Below, one piece after another: positions 9,933-16,746 of a DNA stretch of 32,000 bases. The DNA is from Massilicoli timonensis (lineage in GTDB: Bacteria > Bacillota_I > Bacilli_A > Erysipelotrichales > Erysipelotrichaceae), in the NCBI RefSeq assembly GCF_900199515.1, contig NZ_LT963432.1, forward strand, positions 60,001 through 92,000. Reading direction: 5' to 3'. Made by a program: the position numbers and the translations under genes. Each line of letters opens with the position of its first letter. Positions within the stretch are counted from its first letter, which is position 1. The notes beneath the pieces were generated by a model. The model had not been told where the DNA came from, searched no databases, and worked only from the letters and a program-made list of their open reading frames with translations.

Positions 9933-10465
9933 CCTTGTTTTGCCTGCGTCAGATCGATCTCTTTCCCATCTTTTTCAAAATACAGATACAGGCTTTCCTG
10001 ATAAGTTCCCAACACATCGCCCCGCTGGATCCGCTCATCCTTTTTGACTGCCGTACTTTCTAACGTGCCATATGTGGCAATGACCCCATTATCCTGCTTT
10101 ACTAAGATCACGTAACGCTGATCTTGCTTTTCTACGCTTTGTACCACTCCATCGCCGATCGCCTGCGCCTGATTGCTGCCATTGGAGTAATAATGATCTT
10201 TTAACAGCGCATAAGCCGGCATGGCACTGACGGTTTCATCCTGCAAAGAAAACCACTTTTCAAAAGGAAACCACGTACCGACCGCAAGCAGATCTTCTCC
10301 CGTTACAAATCCCTGCTTGACGCTGATGCCATATCCCAGCACAGCGACCAAGCCAATCATGATCAGCATGCTGAAGCGATAGAAAAAGCGGTAGAAAGCC
10401 GGCGGTTTGTTTCGGCCGCAGCGGCGTTTGGCAATGCGGCGATGAATCCGTTGTCCTTGCTTCAT
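9929..10465 (-). CDS. Membrane-anchored degenerate LytM/M23-like protein (SpoIVFA-like)
   Basis: Basic N-terminus, one TM segment (FYRFSMLIMIGLVAVLGYGI), and a C-terminal LytM-like fold pattern GDGVVQSV...VILVKQDNGVIATYGTLES...VKKDERIQRGDVLG...LYLYFEKDGKEIDL. The catalytic His positions are K and Y. Start is placed at the ATG at 10465, which has GAAGGGA upstream; the alternative ATG at 10492 has no RBS. Confidence 0.55.
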   Translation of the reverse strand: MKQGQRIHRRIAKRRCGRNKPPAFYRFFYRFSMLIMIGLVAVLGYGISVKQGFVTGEDLLAVGTWFPFEKWFSLQDETVSAMPAYALLKDHYYSNGSNQAQAIGDGVVQSVEKQDQRYVILVKQDNGVIATYGTLESTAVKKDERIQRGDVLGTYQESLYLYFEKDGKEIDLTQAKQG

Positions 10466-10522
10466 GATGATCCCTTCTTTCCAGTAAAGCATATGATGAA
10501 AAGGGCATAATCATGTATCAAA

Positions 10523-10551
10523 CAAAAAAAGATGACCGCAAAGATCATCTT
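10523..10551 (-). terminator. Rho-independent terminator after the AI-2E transporter gene
   Basis: Minus-strand read AAGATGATCtttgcGGTCATCTT (9 bp stem with one G:U pair) followed by TTTTTTTG. Confidence 0.6.
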
Positions 10552-10563
10552 TCTTCCACATTT

Positions 10564-11667
10564 TCACAGCTCTTCTTTCAAAATTTCATCATTTGTGTGC
10601 TGCTTGTTATACAGCTGATAAACCGAACGGATCGCCAAGGCTGCCGGCACCGACAGCATGATACCGATCGCCCCGGCAATACAGCCGCCCGCAAAAACGG
10701 CAAGCAGCGTGACCAATGGGCCTAGATCCGAGCGTTTCTCATGAACCAGCGGTGAAATGACATAAGCATCCAGATTGGACAAGACAACGATGCCCACAAG
10801 CAGCATCACGATCCTTCCCGTCGGCAGTGTCAATGCGGTCAAAATACCGACCATATTGGCAATCGTACCGCCCAGATAAGGGATCATGACCCCGATCGAC
10901 ATCAAGATCGCAATGATCAGCCAATCCTGATGCCCGATCAGCAGATAAAACAAACTGTATTCTGCCAGCTTGATCGCCATGATGATGACCAGTGATTTCA
11001 AGTAGATCGTCAGATCTTCATCGATCGCTTTCAAGTAACATCCGCTGCCCTTGCAAAGCCGTTCGCAAAGCATATAGATATTCGCCTTGATCGCATCGAA
11101 ATGAAACTGCATATAGATCGCAATGATAATGGAAAACAGCGCACCGGTCAAATAATTCCAAAACGTATTCATATAAGAAGGGATGGAATTGACCAGATCC
11201 GGCAGCCATGTGTCATAGGTCTTTAACAGGTCGATCGCATACGCAGACAGATCCGATAAAAGGCTCAGCTCCTCATCCGGATTGATCCAGCTGACGATCT
11301 TTTCACTGATTTCCTGCAAGCCCATTGTCAAAGAACTGATAAAATTGACGATCTTATCATAAACAAGCGGCAGCAGTCCCATAAAAAGCAAAAGCAGACA
11401 AGTGATCAGGACCAGCCAAATACAAGGGACAGATACGCTTGTCGGAACCTTCTTACGCTTAAGCCACGAAACGAAGGGATCGATCAGATAAGCAAGCGCT
11501 AAGCCGATCAAAAAAGGCTGTAAGATCGTAAGCGCCAAACGCAGTGCCTCACCCCAGACACTTTCCGTCTGCTTCAGCAAATAGAAAATGAGCAGCACGA
11601 AAATGATCTTGATCAAACGTGCATATGTCAGTTTTTTATTCAACCGTTTCAAAAAGTCGTTTCGCAT
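10564..11667 (-). CDS. AI-2E family (UPF0118/PerM-like) transporter
   Basis: About 367 aa polytopic membrane protein with the family-typical C-terminal region IPYLGGTIANMVGILTAL...ISPLVHEKRSDLGPLVTLLAVFAGG. The track start at 11673 is GTG; the ATG at 11667 has GAGG 5 nt upstream. Confidence 0.75.
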   Translation of the reverse strand: MRNDFLKRLNKKLTYARLIKIIFVLLIFYLLKQTESVWGEALRLALTILQPFLIGLALAYLIDPFVSWLKRKKVPTSVSVPCIWLVLITCLLLLFMGLLPLVYDKIVNFISSLTMGLQEISEKIVSWINPDEELSLLSDLSAYAIDLLKTYDTWLPDLVNSIPSYMNTFWNYLTGALFSIIIAIYMQFHFDAIKANIYMLCERLCKGSGCYLKAIDEDLTIYLKSLVIIMAIKLAEYSLFYLLIGHQDWLIIAILMSIGVMIPYLGGTIANMVGILTALTLPTGRIVMLLVGIVVLSNLDAYVISPLVHEKRSDLGPLVTLLAVFAGGCIAGAIGIMLSVPAALAIRSVYQLYNKQHTNDEILKEEL

Positions 11668-11694
11668 GGGCACCTCATTTCTTTCTGTTTTTTC

Positions 11695-11703
11695 ATTTTA
11701 CCA
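11695..11703 (-). promoter_or_regulatory. Extended -10 promoter element upstream of the AI-2E gene
   Basis: Minus-strand read TGGTAAAAT (TGnTAAAAT) in the minD/AI-2E spacer. Confidence 0.4.
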
Positions 11704-11730
11704 TTTTTCACTGTAAAAGAAAAGGCAAAG

Positions 11731-12507
11731 TCATGAGCCGAATAACTTTGCCAGCAGTTTCTTTTCCCGATATTTCGGCAGCGGCGCCGCTTCCCCGCAC
11801 AATCGCTTCGCTAATGCGTCAAAGCAAGCATATAGCGATTCACTCTGCATGATAGCCGCAAAATGATAATTATTGGCGCGCATCACTTCTTCATCCTCAA
11901 AGATATATCCCAAAAGGTCGATGCCCAGCCACTGTGCCGCATCTTCTAAAGACAGGGAAATCTTTTTCTCCACAAAACGGGGCTGATAGCGATTGATGAT
12001 CAGATCGATCTGATCCAGTCCTTCCTTTAGCAGCAGCCCGATCACCCGATCTCCATCCTGCAAGCTCGTAACATCGAGCGTCGATACGAGCAAGACCCGC
12101 TCCACACAGGGAAGTGAACAGAGAAATCCTGATTCAATGCCCGCCGGGGTATCTAACAGCACATAGTCAAACTCGTGTTTCAACAGATCGACGACCCGCT
12201 TGATCTCCGCTGTTTTCATATCATGAATGCGCATGGATTTACATGCCGGCAGTAAATATAAATTGGCGCAGTGCTTGTCTTTTATGATCGCTTTGCGCAG
12301 CGGACATTTGCCCTCTAATACATCTTTCAGATCATAGATGACCCGATTTTGTAAGTCCATCATCAGATCGAGATTTTTTAACCCGAGATCCATATCGATC
12401 AAACAGACCCGTTTTTGTTTCATCGCCAGCATCATGCCCAGATTCAGCGTAACACTGCTTTTGCCTACACCGCCCTTACCCGATGTGATCGCGATTGCTT
12501 CTCCCAT
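11731..12507 (-). CDS. minD: Septum site-determining ATPase MinD
   Basis: Deviant Walker A ITSGKGGVGKSS, VLLDTPAG, and a C-terminal amphipathic tail KKLLAKLFGS. Follows minC. Confidence 0.92.
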   Translation of the reverse strand: MGEAIAITSGKGGVGKSSVTLNLGMMLAMKQKRVCLIDMDLGLKNLDLMMDLQNRVIYDLKDVLEGKCPLRKAIIKDKHCANLYLLPACKSMRIHDMKTAEIKRVVDLLKHEFDYVLLDTPAGIESGFLCSLPCVERVLLVSTLDVTSLQDGDRVIGLLLKEGLDQIDLIINRYQPRFVEKKISLSLEDAAQWLGIDLLGYIFEDEEVMRANNYHFAAIMQSESLYACFDALAKRLCGEAAPLPKYREKKLLAKLFGS

Positions 12508-13057
12508 TGCTTTCCCTCCTCGGTTTGCACTTCAATGCTCCTTCTTGATAATACAGGATCAAAGGCGCATCATTTGTCATATTTTGAAAACAACTATCAC
12601 AAATGCGCACCTGTGCATGGTCAAAACATCCTGCGGCGATCTTCGCGTCTTGATCAAACACATCGACCTGACCAAAAACCGTTCCCAGCACATAAACGTC
12701 TTTCAGACAGGTTACATAGCAGTCTTTCGGCACGTCCTGAAGCAGCAGTACCCGATCGCGATAAAAATACTGTTTGCCGGGATAAAGGCTCGTTTCTACG
12801 ATCATCAGATCATCTTTTTGTTCCTGATCAAACCCCATACAGAGCGCGCCGCTTGTTTCACAGATATGAAAGATCCTTTCATAATCCGCTTCACTTAGAC
12901 ACCCTTCGACATCAAAAAAAACCGGAAACCGCTCCCCTGCGTGTGCAGCACATGCTTCCAGTTTTTGCTTCAGCTGCGCAAAGAACGATGTTTGTTCCCT
13001 GCATGTTCCTTTTACGACGTAACCGCCGTTTACCGCTTTGATAAATACTTCATCCAT
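12476..13057 (-). CDS. minC: Septum site-determining protein MinC
   Basis: Position upstream of minD. The C-terminal beta-helix region has a repetitive pattern (VYVLGTVFGQVDVFDQDAKIAAGCFDHAQVRI). 32-nt overlap with minD. Confidence 0.75.
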   Translation of the reverse strand: MDEVFIKAVNGGYVVKGTCREQTSFFAQLKQKLEACAAHAGERFPVFFDVEGCLSEADYERIFHICETSGALCMGFDQEQKDDLMIVETSLYPGKQYFYRDRVLLLQDVPKDCYVTCLKDVYVLGTVFGQVDVFDQDAKIAAGCFDHAQVRICDSCFQNMTNDAPLILYYQEGALKCKPRRESNGRSNRDHIG

Positions 13058-13587
13058 TCGATCTTTTCTTCCTTTCGGATCCGCTTTTCCTTGCTGAGCA
13101 GATAATCGTCCTTGATACGTATCATGCTGACTAAGACAAATACCATGAGCGCATTCAGCGTCAGCGTCAGAAATTCACGATTCACAAACCATTCGCCGAC
13201 AGAAAGCGATGTCTGATCCATGATCCTCATGATACAGTATAACATGCCCTCTTTGACGAAGATTGTCGTAATACATAAAATGATCGATTCAAAGATCGTT
13301 TCCGTCATATGCTTGCGCCAGATACAGACAAGCCATGCGATCAGGATATAAAGAATAAAATTGATCAGATACGTGTTGGCATAGAAAAAATCATAAAACA
13401 AGCCGAAACAGCCGGCTAACAGCACGGCATCCAACAACTGATATTTACGCAAAGTCAAGACCAGCGCACAAAAGCCCAGACTTGCGATGAAGATAAAATC
13501 ATCCGGTGCATAACTGATCGGAAATAACATGCTCAGTGCCGAATCTACCAGGAAGCAGACAAAAATAAACAGTGCGTCCATCCTCAT
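13030..13587 (-). CDS. mreD: Rod shape-determining protein MreD
   Basis: Small polytopic membrane protein directly after mreC (mreC stop at 13589, ATG at 13587). The track start at 13608 is an extension into mreC. Confidence 0.7.
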   Translation of the reverse strand: MRMDALFIFVCFLVDSALSMLFPISYAPDDFIFIASLGFCALVLTLRKYQLLDAVLLAGCFGLFYDFFYANTYLINFILYILIAWLVCIWRKHMTETIFESIILCITTIFVKEGMLYCIMRIMDQTSLSVGEWFVNREFLTLTLNALMVFVLVSMIRIKDDYLLSKEKRIRKEEKIEWMKYLSKR

Positions 13588-13588
13588 C

Positions 13589-14428
13589 TTAATTCGCCTC
13601 CGTATCATTCAAAACAGCCACGTATAAAAAGGAATCGAATTTCGCCGCCGGCGTAACAAATACCGTCTTTCCCATCTGGTTGTCCATTTCTTCCACCGAA
13701 GCGATCTCGCCGATGGAAAGCCCGCTTGGATAAAGGCCGCCAAGTCCGGATGTCGTAACCTGCATCCCTTTGGTCACATTCTCATTTTGGGTAAATAATC
13801 TGATCAAAAACAAGCCTTTCGCTTCATCATAATATTCCAAGATGCCTTCGGCGCTCTCTGTATCACTGATGGAAACACGTACACTGACCCGTTCGCTGCG
13901 ATCTTCACTGGTAAGCAGCTTGACCGTAGACGTCTTGTAATTGACATCCTGCACTTTGCCGATCATCCCATCAGCGCTCACCACTGCCATATCTGCCTGG
14001 ATGCCATCGCTTTCGCCTACATCAATGGTAATGAGCGCATTCCAGCCATCCGCATCGCGTTTGATGACATTGGCGCTGATCGGCTCATACTGCGCATTGC
14101 GATCGATCATATCCAACAGCGCATTTTTTTCAGCAAGCTCACGCTTCAACTGTTCATTTTCCAAACGATATTTTTTCTGCTTGGACAATTCTTCCCGCAG
14201 TTCGTCATTTTCTTCCTGCACATACCAAAGCTGGGCCAGATCTCCCATCCAGTTTTTCACCAGCTCAGCGGGATGTGAGATCAAAGCATAATTCAGCATC
14301 GTAAAACCGTCATACCCCAGTTTGGCGATCAAATTCCCGTTTTGCATCGACTTGGTAATCGCCCCGAACATGATAAAAAAGGCAATCACACCCATGAGTA
14401 TTTTTTGTGTTCTTGTGAATTTCGACAT
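13589..14428 (-). CDS. mreC: Rod shape-determining protein MreC
   Basis: N-terminal TM segment, coiled-coil segment (ENDELREELSKQKKYRLENEQLKRELAEKNALL) and C-terminal beta domains (GMIGKVQDV...VTTSGLGGLYPSGLSIGEI). RBS AGGTGAAGCAGG lies before the ATG. Confidence 0.85.
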   Translation of the reverse strand: MSKFTRTQKILMGVIAFFIMFGAITKSMQNGNLIAKLGYDGFTMLNYALISHPAELVKNWMGDLAQLWYVQEENDELREELSKQKKYRLENEQLKRELAEKNALLDMIDRNAQYEPISANVIKRDADGWNALITIDVGESDGIQADMAVVSADGMIGKVQDVNYKTSTVKLLTSEDRSERVSVRVSISDTESAEGILEYYDEAKGLFLIRLFTQNENVTKGMQVTTSGLGGLYPSGLSIGEIASVEEMDNQMGKTVFVTPAAKFDSFLYVAVLNDTEAN

Positions 14429-14454
14429 CCTGCTTCACCTGCTTTACTGCATTT

Positions 14455-14483
14455 ATTATAAAGGTAAAACAGTTTCGGCGCAA
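14455..14483 (-). promoter_or_regulatory. Putative internal sigma-A promoter for mreC-mreD-minC-minD
   Basis: Minus-strand TTGCGC (14483-14478), 17 bp spacer, TATAAT (14460-14455), in the 69-nt radC/mreC spacer. Confidence 0.45.
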
Positions 14484-14497
14484 CTAGAAAAATGCCG

Positions 14498-15181
14498 CTA
14501 TCCTTTCAATAGATTCAGTGCCCTGAGACTGCAATAACCTTCTTTGGTAACGATCAAATGATCCAGCAAATGAATTCCCATCATCTCCCCCATCTGTACG
14601 ATCGCCTGTGTCGTTTGAATATCCTGCACGCTCGGCGTCAAGGAACCGGCAGGATGATTATGCGCCACGATGATCTTGCTTGCCCCATATACCACCGCTA
14701 AACGATAAATCTCTTTCGCGGATATGATTGAAGCATGATCACTGCCGCGAAACAGGATCTGATGCTTCAAAATACAGTTGCCGTGATCTAGATAAATGAC
14801 GACAAAATGTTCCTGTGAGGCATAGGCGATCTTCGCTTTCAGCCATTCTACTAAATGCTTGGGATGCTCGATCTTGACGGCGCTTTGGCGCATCTCATCC
14901 TCGCTCATGCGCCGGCTCAATTCAACGGCAGCCAAAAGAGAGATCGCCTTTGCGCATTTGATTCCCTTAAAAGCGGTCAGATCGGCGATTGTCAAAGCCT
15001 GTAACGCGGCAATCGTTCCCACCTGCGTCAAGATCTGATCCGCCAGTTCCAGTGAAGAAACGCCCTTCGTGCCACTTCCCAAGATCACGGCCAGCAGATC
15101 ACGATTGGATAATTCCTCGACCCCGTTTCGCAGCGCTTTCTCCCGCGGCCGTTCATTCTGATTCAGTTCCTTTACTTTCAT
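14498..15181 (-). CDS. radC: RadC-like JAB domain protein (UPF0758)
   Basis: N-terminal NERPREKALRNGVEELSNRDLLAVILGSGTKG and C-terminal JAMM-like motif IIVAHNHPAGSLTPSVQD. The ATG at 15181 has AAAGGA 6 nt upstream; the ATG at 15208 has no RBS. Confidence 0.85.
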   Translation of the reverse strand: MKVKELNQNERPREKALRNGVEELSNRDLLAVILGSGTKGVSSLELADQILTQVGTIAALQALTIADLTAFKGIKCAKAISLLAAVELSRRMSEDEMRQSAVKIEHPKHLVEWLKAKIAYASQEHFVVIYLDHGNCILKHQILFRGSDHASIISAKEIYRLAVVYGASKIIVAHNHPAGSLTPSVQDIQTTQAIVQMGEMMGIHLLDHLIVTKEGYCSLRALNLLKG

Positions 15182-15578
15182 GATCGATCCTTTCAAAGAC
15201 TTCAGCATAGTCTTTGCGTTCGATCGCTTTGATCATCTCTTCATCGTTGGTCTTTACTTCCTTAAAAACGTACGGATACCCGTTCTCTTCCAGTATTTTC
15301 TGTACGTTCTTCGTTTCTTTTTTATCCGTTGAAATACCGCAGATGACCGCTTTGATATCGTCCTGCTCACGAATGCGCGCGGCAATATCCAGTTTTTCCA
15401 GTGCCGCGATCGTCGCATCCGCACCCTCTTGTTTTTCAAACAGACCGACCTGATTGAAATAAAGCACGACACTGTCGCTTTCTGCACTTTCCATTGATTG
15501 AAACATTATGTAATAACCAACTGAGAACAACAAAGCCATACTGAACGCAACTGCATAAATCAATCGTTTGTTTCCCAT
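15153..15578 (-). CDS. Bitopic membrane protein with a SPOR-like C-terminal domain
   Basis: One N-terminal TM segment (LIYAVAFSMALLFSVGYYIMF), then the pattern VLYFNQVGLFEKQEGADATIAALEKLDIAARIREQDDIKAVICGISTDKKETKNVQKILEENGYPYVFKEV, which resembles the beta-alpha-beta-beta SPOR repeat. RBS GAGGTGA lies before the ATG. The family call is by eye only. Confidence 0.5.
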   Translation of the reverse strand: MGNKRLIYAVAFSMALLFSVGYYIMFQSMESAESDSVVLYFNQVGLFEKQEGADATIAALEKLDIAARIREQDDIKAVICGISTDKKETKNVQKILEENGYPYVFKEVKTNDEEMIKAIERKDYAEVFERIDHESKGTESE

Positions 15579-15628
15579 GATCTCACCTCATTTAAGACTA
15601 TGCTGAACGAGGCAAAATTTAGAACGTG

Positions 15629-15742
15629 CTAACCCCAGCGAAAATCTAATCCAAACAGCTTGAAGCGTCCTCTGCTGCTGGTCGCAACTTTATAGATCGC
15701 AGCCGCTCCCGCACCGATGGCGATCCAAACATACCATGTCAT
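15629..15742 (-). CDS. Candidate 37-aa small membrane protein (below the ORF-track size cutoff)
   Basis: Manual translation gives MTWYVWIAIGAGAAAIYKVATSSRGRFKLFGLDFRWG, ending at TAG. AGGAGGTG lies 8 nt upstream of the ATG. The protein has one hydrophobic helix and a basic tail. It ends 50 nt upstream of the SPOR-like gene on the same strand. Confidence 0.4.
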   Translation of the reverse strand: MTWYVWIAIGAGAAAIYKVATSSRGRFKLFGLDFRWG

Positions 15743-15843
15743 ATTCATCACCTCCTGTGATCTACCATATGCGTACCTCATCCCGAAAAACCTATCACTT
15801 TTGACGGGGAAATGCGATTTTCTGATTTCTTTCTAAATAACGC

Positions 15844-15872
15844 TTGAAATTTCATTTCTTTTGTTATATACT
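15844..15872 (+). promoter_or_regulatory. Sigma-A promoter for tRNA-Lys
   Basis: TTGAAA (15844-15849), 17 bp spacer, TATACT (15867-15872), about 18 nt before the tRNA 5' end. Confidence 0.5.
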
Positions 15873-15889
15873 AGTTTAGCATTAGTTAT

Positions 15890-15965
15890 GACTCCTTAGC
15901 TCAGCTGGCAGAGCAACTGACTCTTAATCAGTGGGTCCAGGGTTCGAATCCCTGAGGGGTCACCA
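15890..15965 (+). tRNA. tRNA-Lys (anticodon CUU), CCA encoded
   Basis: Cloverleaf read by hand. Acceptor GACTCCT/AGGGGTC, D-arm AGCTCAGCTGGCAGAGC, anticodon stem-loop ACTGA-CTCTTAA-TCAGT, T-arm CCAGGGTTCGAATCCCTG, then ACCA. Confidence 0.9.
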
Positions 15966-15977
15966 GTTTGTAAAAAC

Positions 15978-16037
15978 AAGAAGCTGTAACAAGAATAGAA
16001 GCGAACGGATCTATTTGATTATAGCTTCTTTTTTTAT
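15978..16037 (+). terminator. Long interrupted hairpin terminator after tRNA-Lys
   Basis: AAGAAGCTGTAA...AATAGA-agcgaacgga-TCTATT...TTATAGCTTCTT followed by a T-run. Confidence 0.5.
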
Positions 16038-16122
16038 TTATGATCGCTTCCTGCTATGGAACGCATAAGGAATCCCTAACGCTTAAAAACGGGCGGCACA
16101 GACAAGAAAAGTTCTTTTCATC

Positions 16123-16151
16123 TTGACAAACAATCAAAAAATCAGTAGACT
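16123..16151 (+). promoter_or_regulatory. Sigma-A promoter for tRNA-Ser
   Basis: TTGACA (16123-16128), 17 bp spacer, TAGACT (16146-16151), about 15 nt before the tRNA 5' end. Confidence 0.5.
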
Positions 16152-16165
16152 TATGGAGTACATCA

Positions 16166-16253
16166 GGAGACTTGTCCGAGTGGTTTAAGGTGCGATGTTG
16201 GAAGCGTCGTGTGGTTCACGCCACCATGAGTTCGAATCTCATAGTCTCCGCCA
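16166..16253 (+). tRNA. tRNA-Ser (anticodon GGA), long variable arm, CCA encoded
   Basis: Acceptor GGAGACT/AGTCTCC, anticodon stem-loop CGATG-TTGGAAG-CGTCG, variable arm GTGGTTCACGCCAC, T-arm ATGAGTTCGAATCTCAT, then GCCA. Confidence 0.9.
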
Positions 16254-16262
16254 GATGAAAAG

Positions 16263-16288
16263 CACCGCTGCATGACAGCGGTTTTTTT
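16263..16288 (+). terminator. Rho-independent terminator after tRNA-Ser
   Basis: ACCGCTGcatgaCAGCGGT followed by TTTTTTT. Confidence 0.7.
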
Positions 16289-16309
16289 ATATGCTTTCGC
16301 TCGCTCCCA

Positions 16310-16338
16310 TTGACAGCAATCACTTTCAATGCTATTCT
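16310..16338 (+). promoter_or_regulatory. Sigma-A promoter for the small zinc-ribbon gene
   Basis: Consensus TTGACA (16310-16315), 17 bp spacer ending in TGc, TATTCT (16333-16338). Confidence 0.5.
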
Positions 16339-16370
16339 TTCAGCGTTTCCCCTCATCAAAGGAGGTATCT

Positions 16371-16598
16371 ATGCGCACCAAACAATTAAACAGCTCCCTT
16401 TCTTTACAATTTGGAGGCGGCAGTGAGGAATGGATCGAATTTGCATGCCCATGCGGGAACGGCAAGATCATCGAACAGCACTGCAACATTCCCGGCGTCT
16501 ATGAACATGACGTTACCATTATCTGCGATCATTGCAAACAAAACTACACCTTTGATCTAAGCAAAGGGATCCGCGCCTGGGAGCTGATTGAAAAATAA
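16371..16598 (+). CDS. Small (75 aa) four-cysteine zinc-ribbon-like protein, uncharacterised
   Basis: AAAGGAGG lies 7 nt before the ATG at 16371; the track start at 16329 has no RBS. The protein has CPC...CDHC cysteine pairs (ACPCGNGKIIEQHC...ICDHCKQNY). No family recognised. Confidence 0.6.
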   Translation: MRTKQLNSSLSLQFGGGSEEWIEFACPCGNGKIIEQHCNIPGVYEHDVTIICDHCKQNYTFDLSKGIRAWELIEK

Positions 16599-16652
16599 CT
16601 TCTTTCATTTTTTCACTGATTTCATTTTCTTGACGATCCTCTATAAAAATGA

Positions 16653-16681
16653 TTGAAAATTTTTCCAATCTATCCTAAAAT
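16653..16681 (+). promoter_or_regulatory. Sigma-A promoter for the lipoprotein gene
   Basis: TTGAAA (16653-16658), 17 bp spacer, TAAAAT (16676-16681). Confidence 0.5.
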
Positions 16682-16746
16682 AGCATATGGCAGGAGGGGA
16701 GCCAATCAAAATAGAAGGAAAATGATAAGGAAGGTAGTTAAGAAAC

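Noticed and set aside
10466-10522. Possible sporulation-sigma (sigma-E or sigma-K type) promoter upstream of the spoIVFA-like gene, based on the CATATGCT and GATACAT elements
   Set aside because: The matches to CATACAHT or CATANNNTA are only partial and the spacing to the -35-like element is wrong. A weak sigma-A reading (TTGATA-17-CATCAT) fits about as well. The evidence is too weak to call either.
12338-13041. Two unusually long plus-strand ORFs (186 and 208 aa) antisense to minD and minC
   Set aside because: The translations are low-complexity and rich in R, S, H and P, with no motifs, no RBS and no promoter. Long stop-free antisense frames are expected opposite strongly codon-biased genes. 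The minC and minD reading frames are well supported.
15966-16165. The tRNA-Lys/tRNA-Ser neighbourhood as an integration hotspot, with downstream genes as an integrated element
   Set aside because: I could see no integrase or recombinase gene and no direct repeat of either tRNA 3' end downstream. The zinc-ribbon gene has native-like GATC density.
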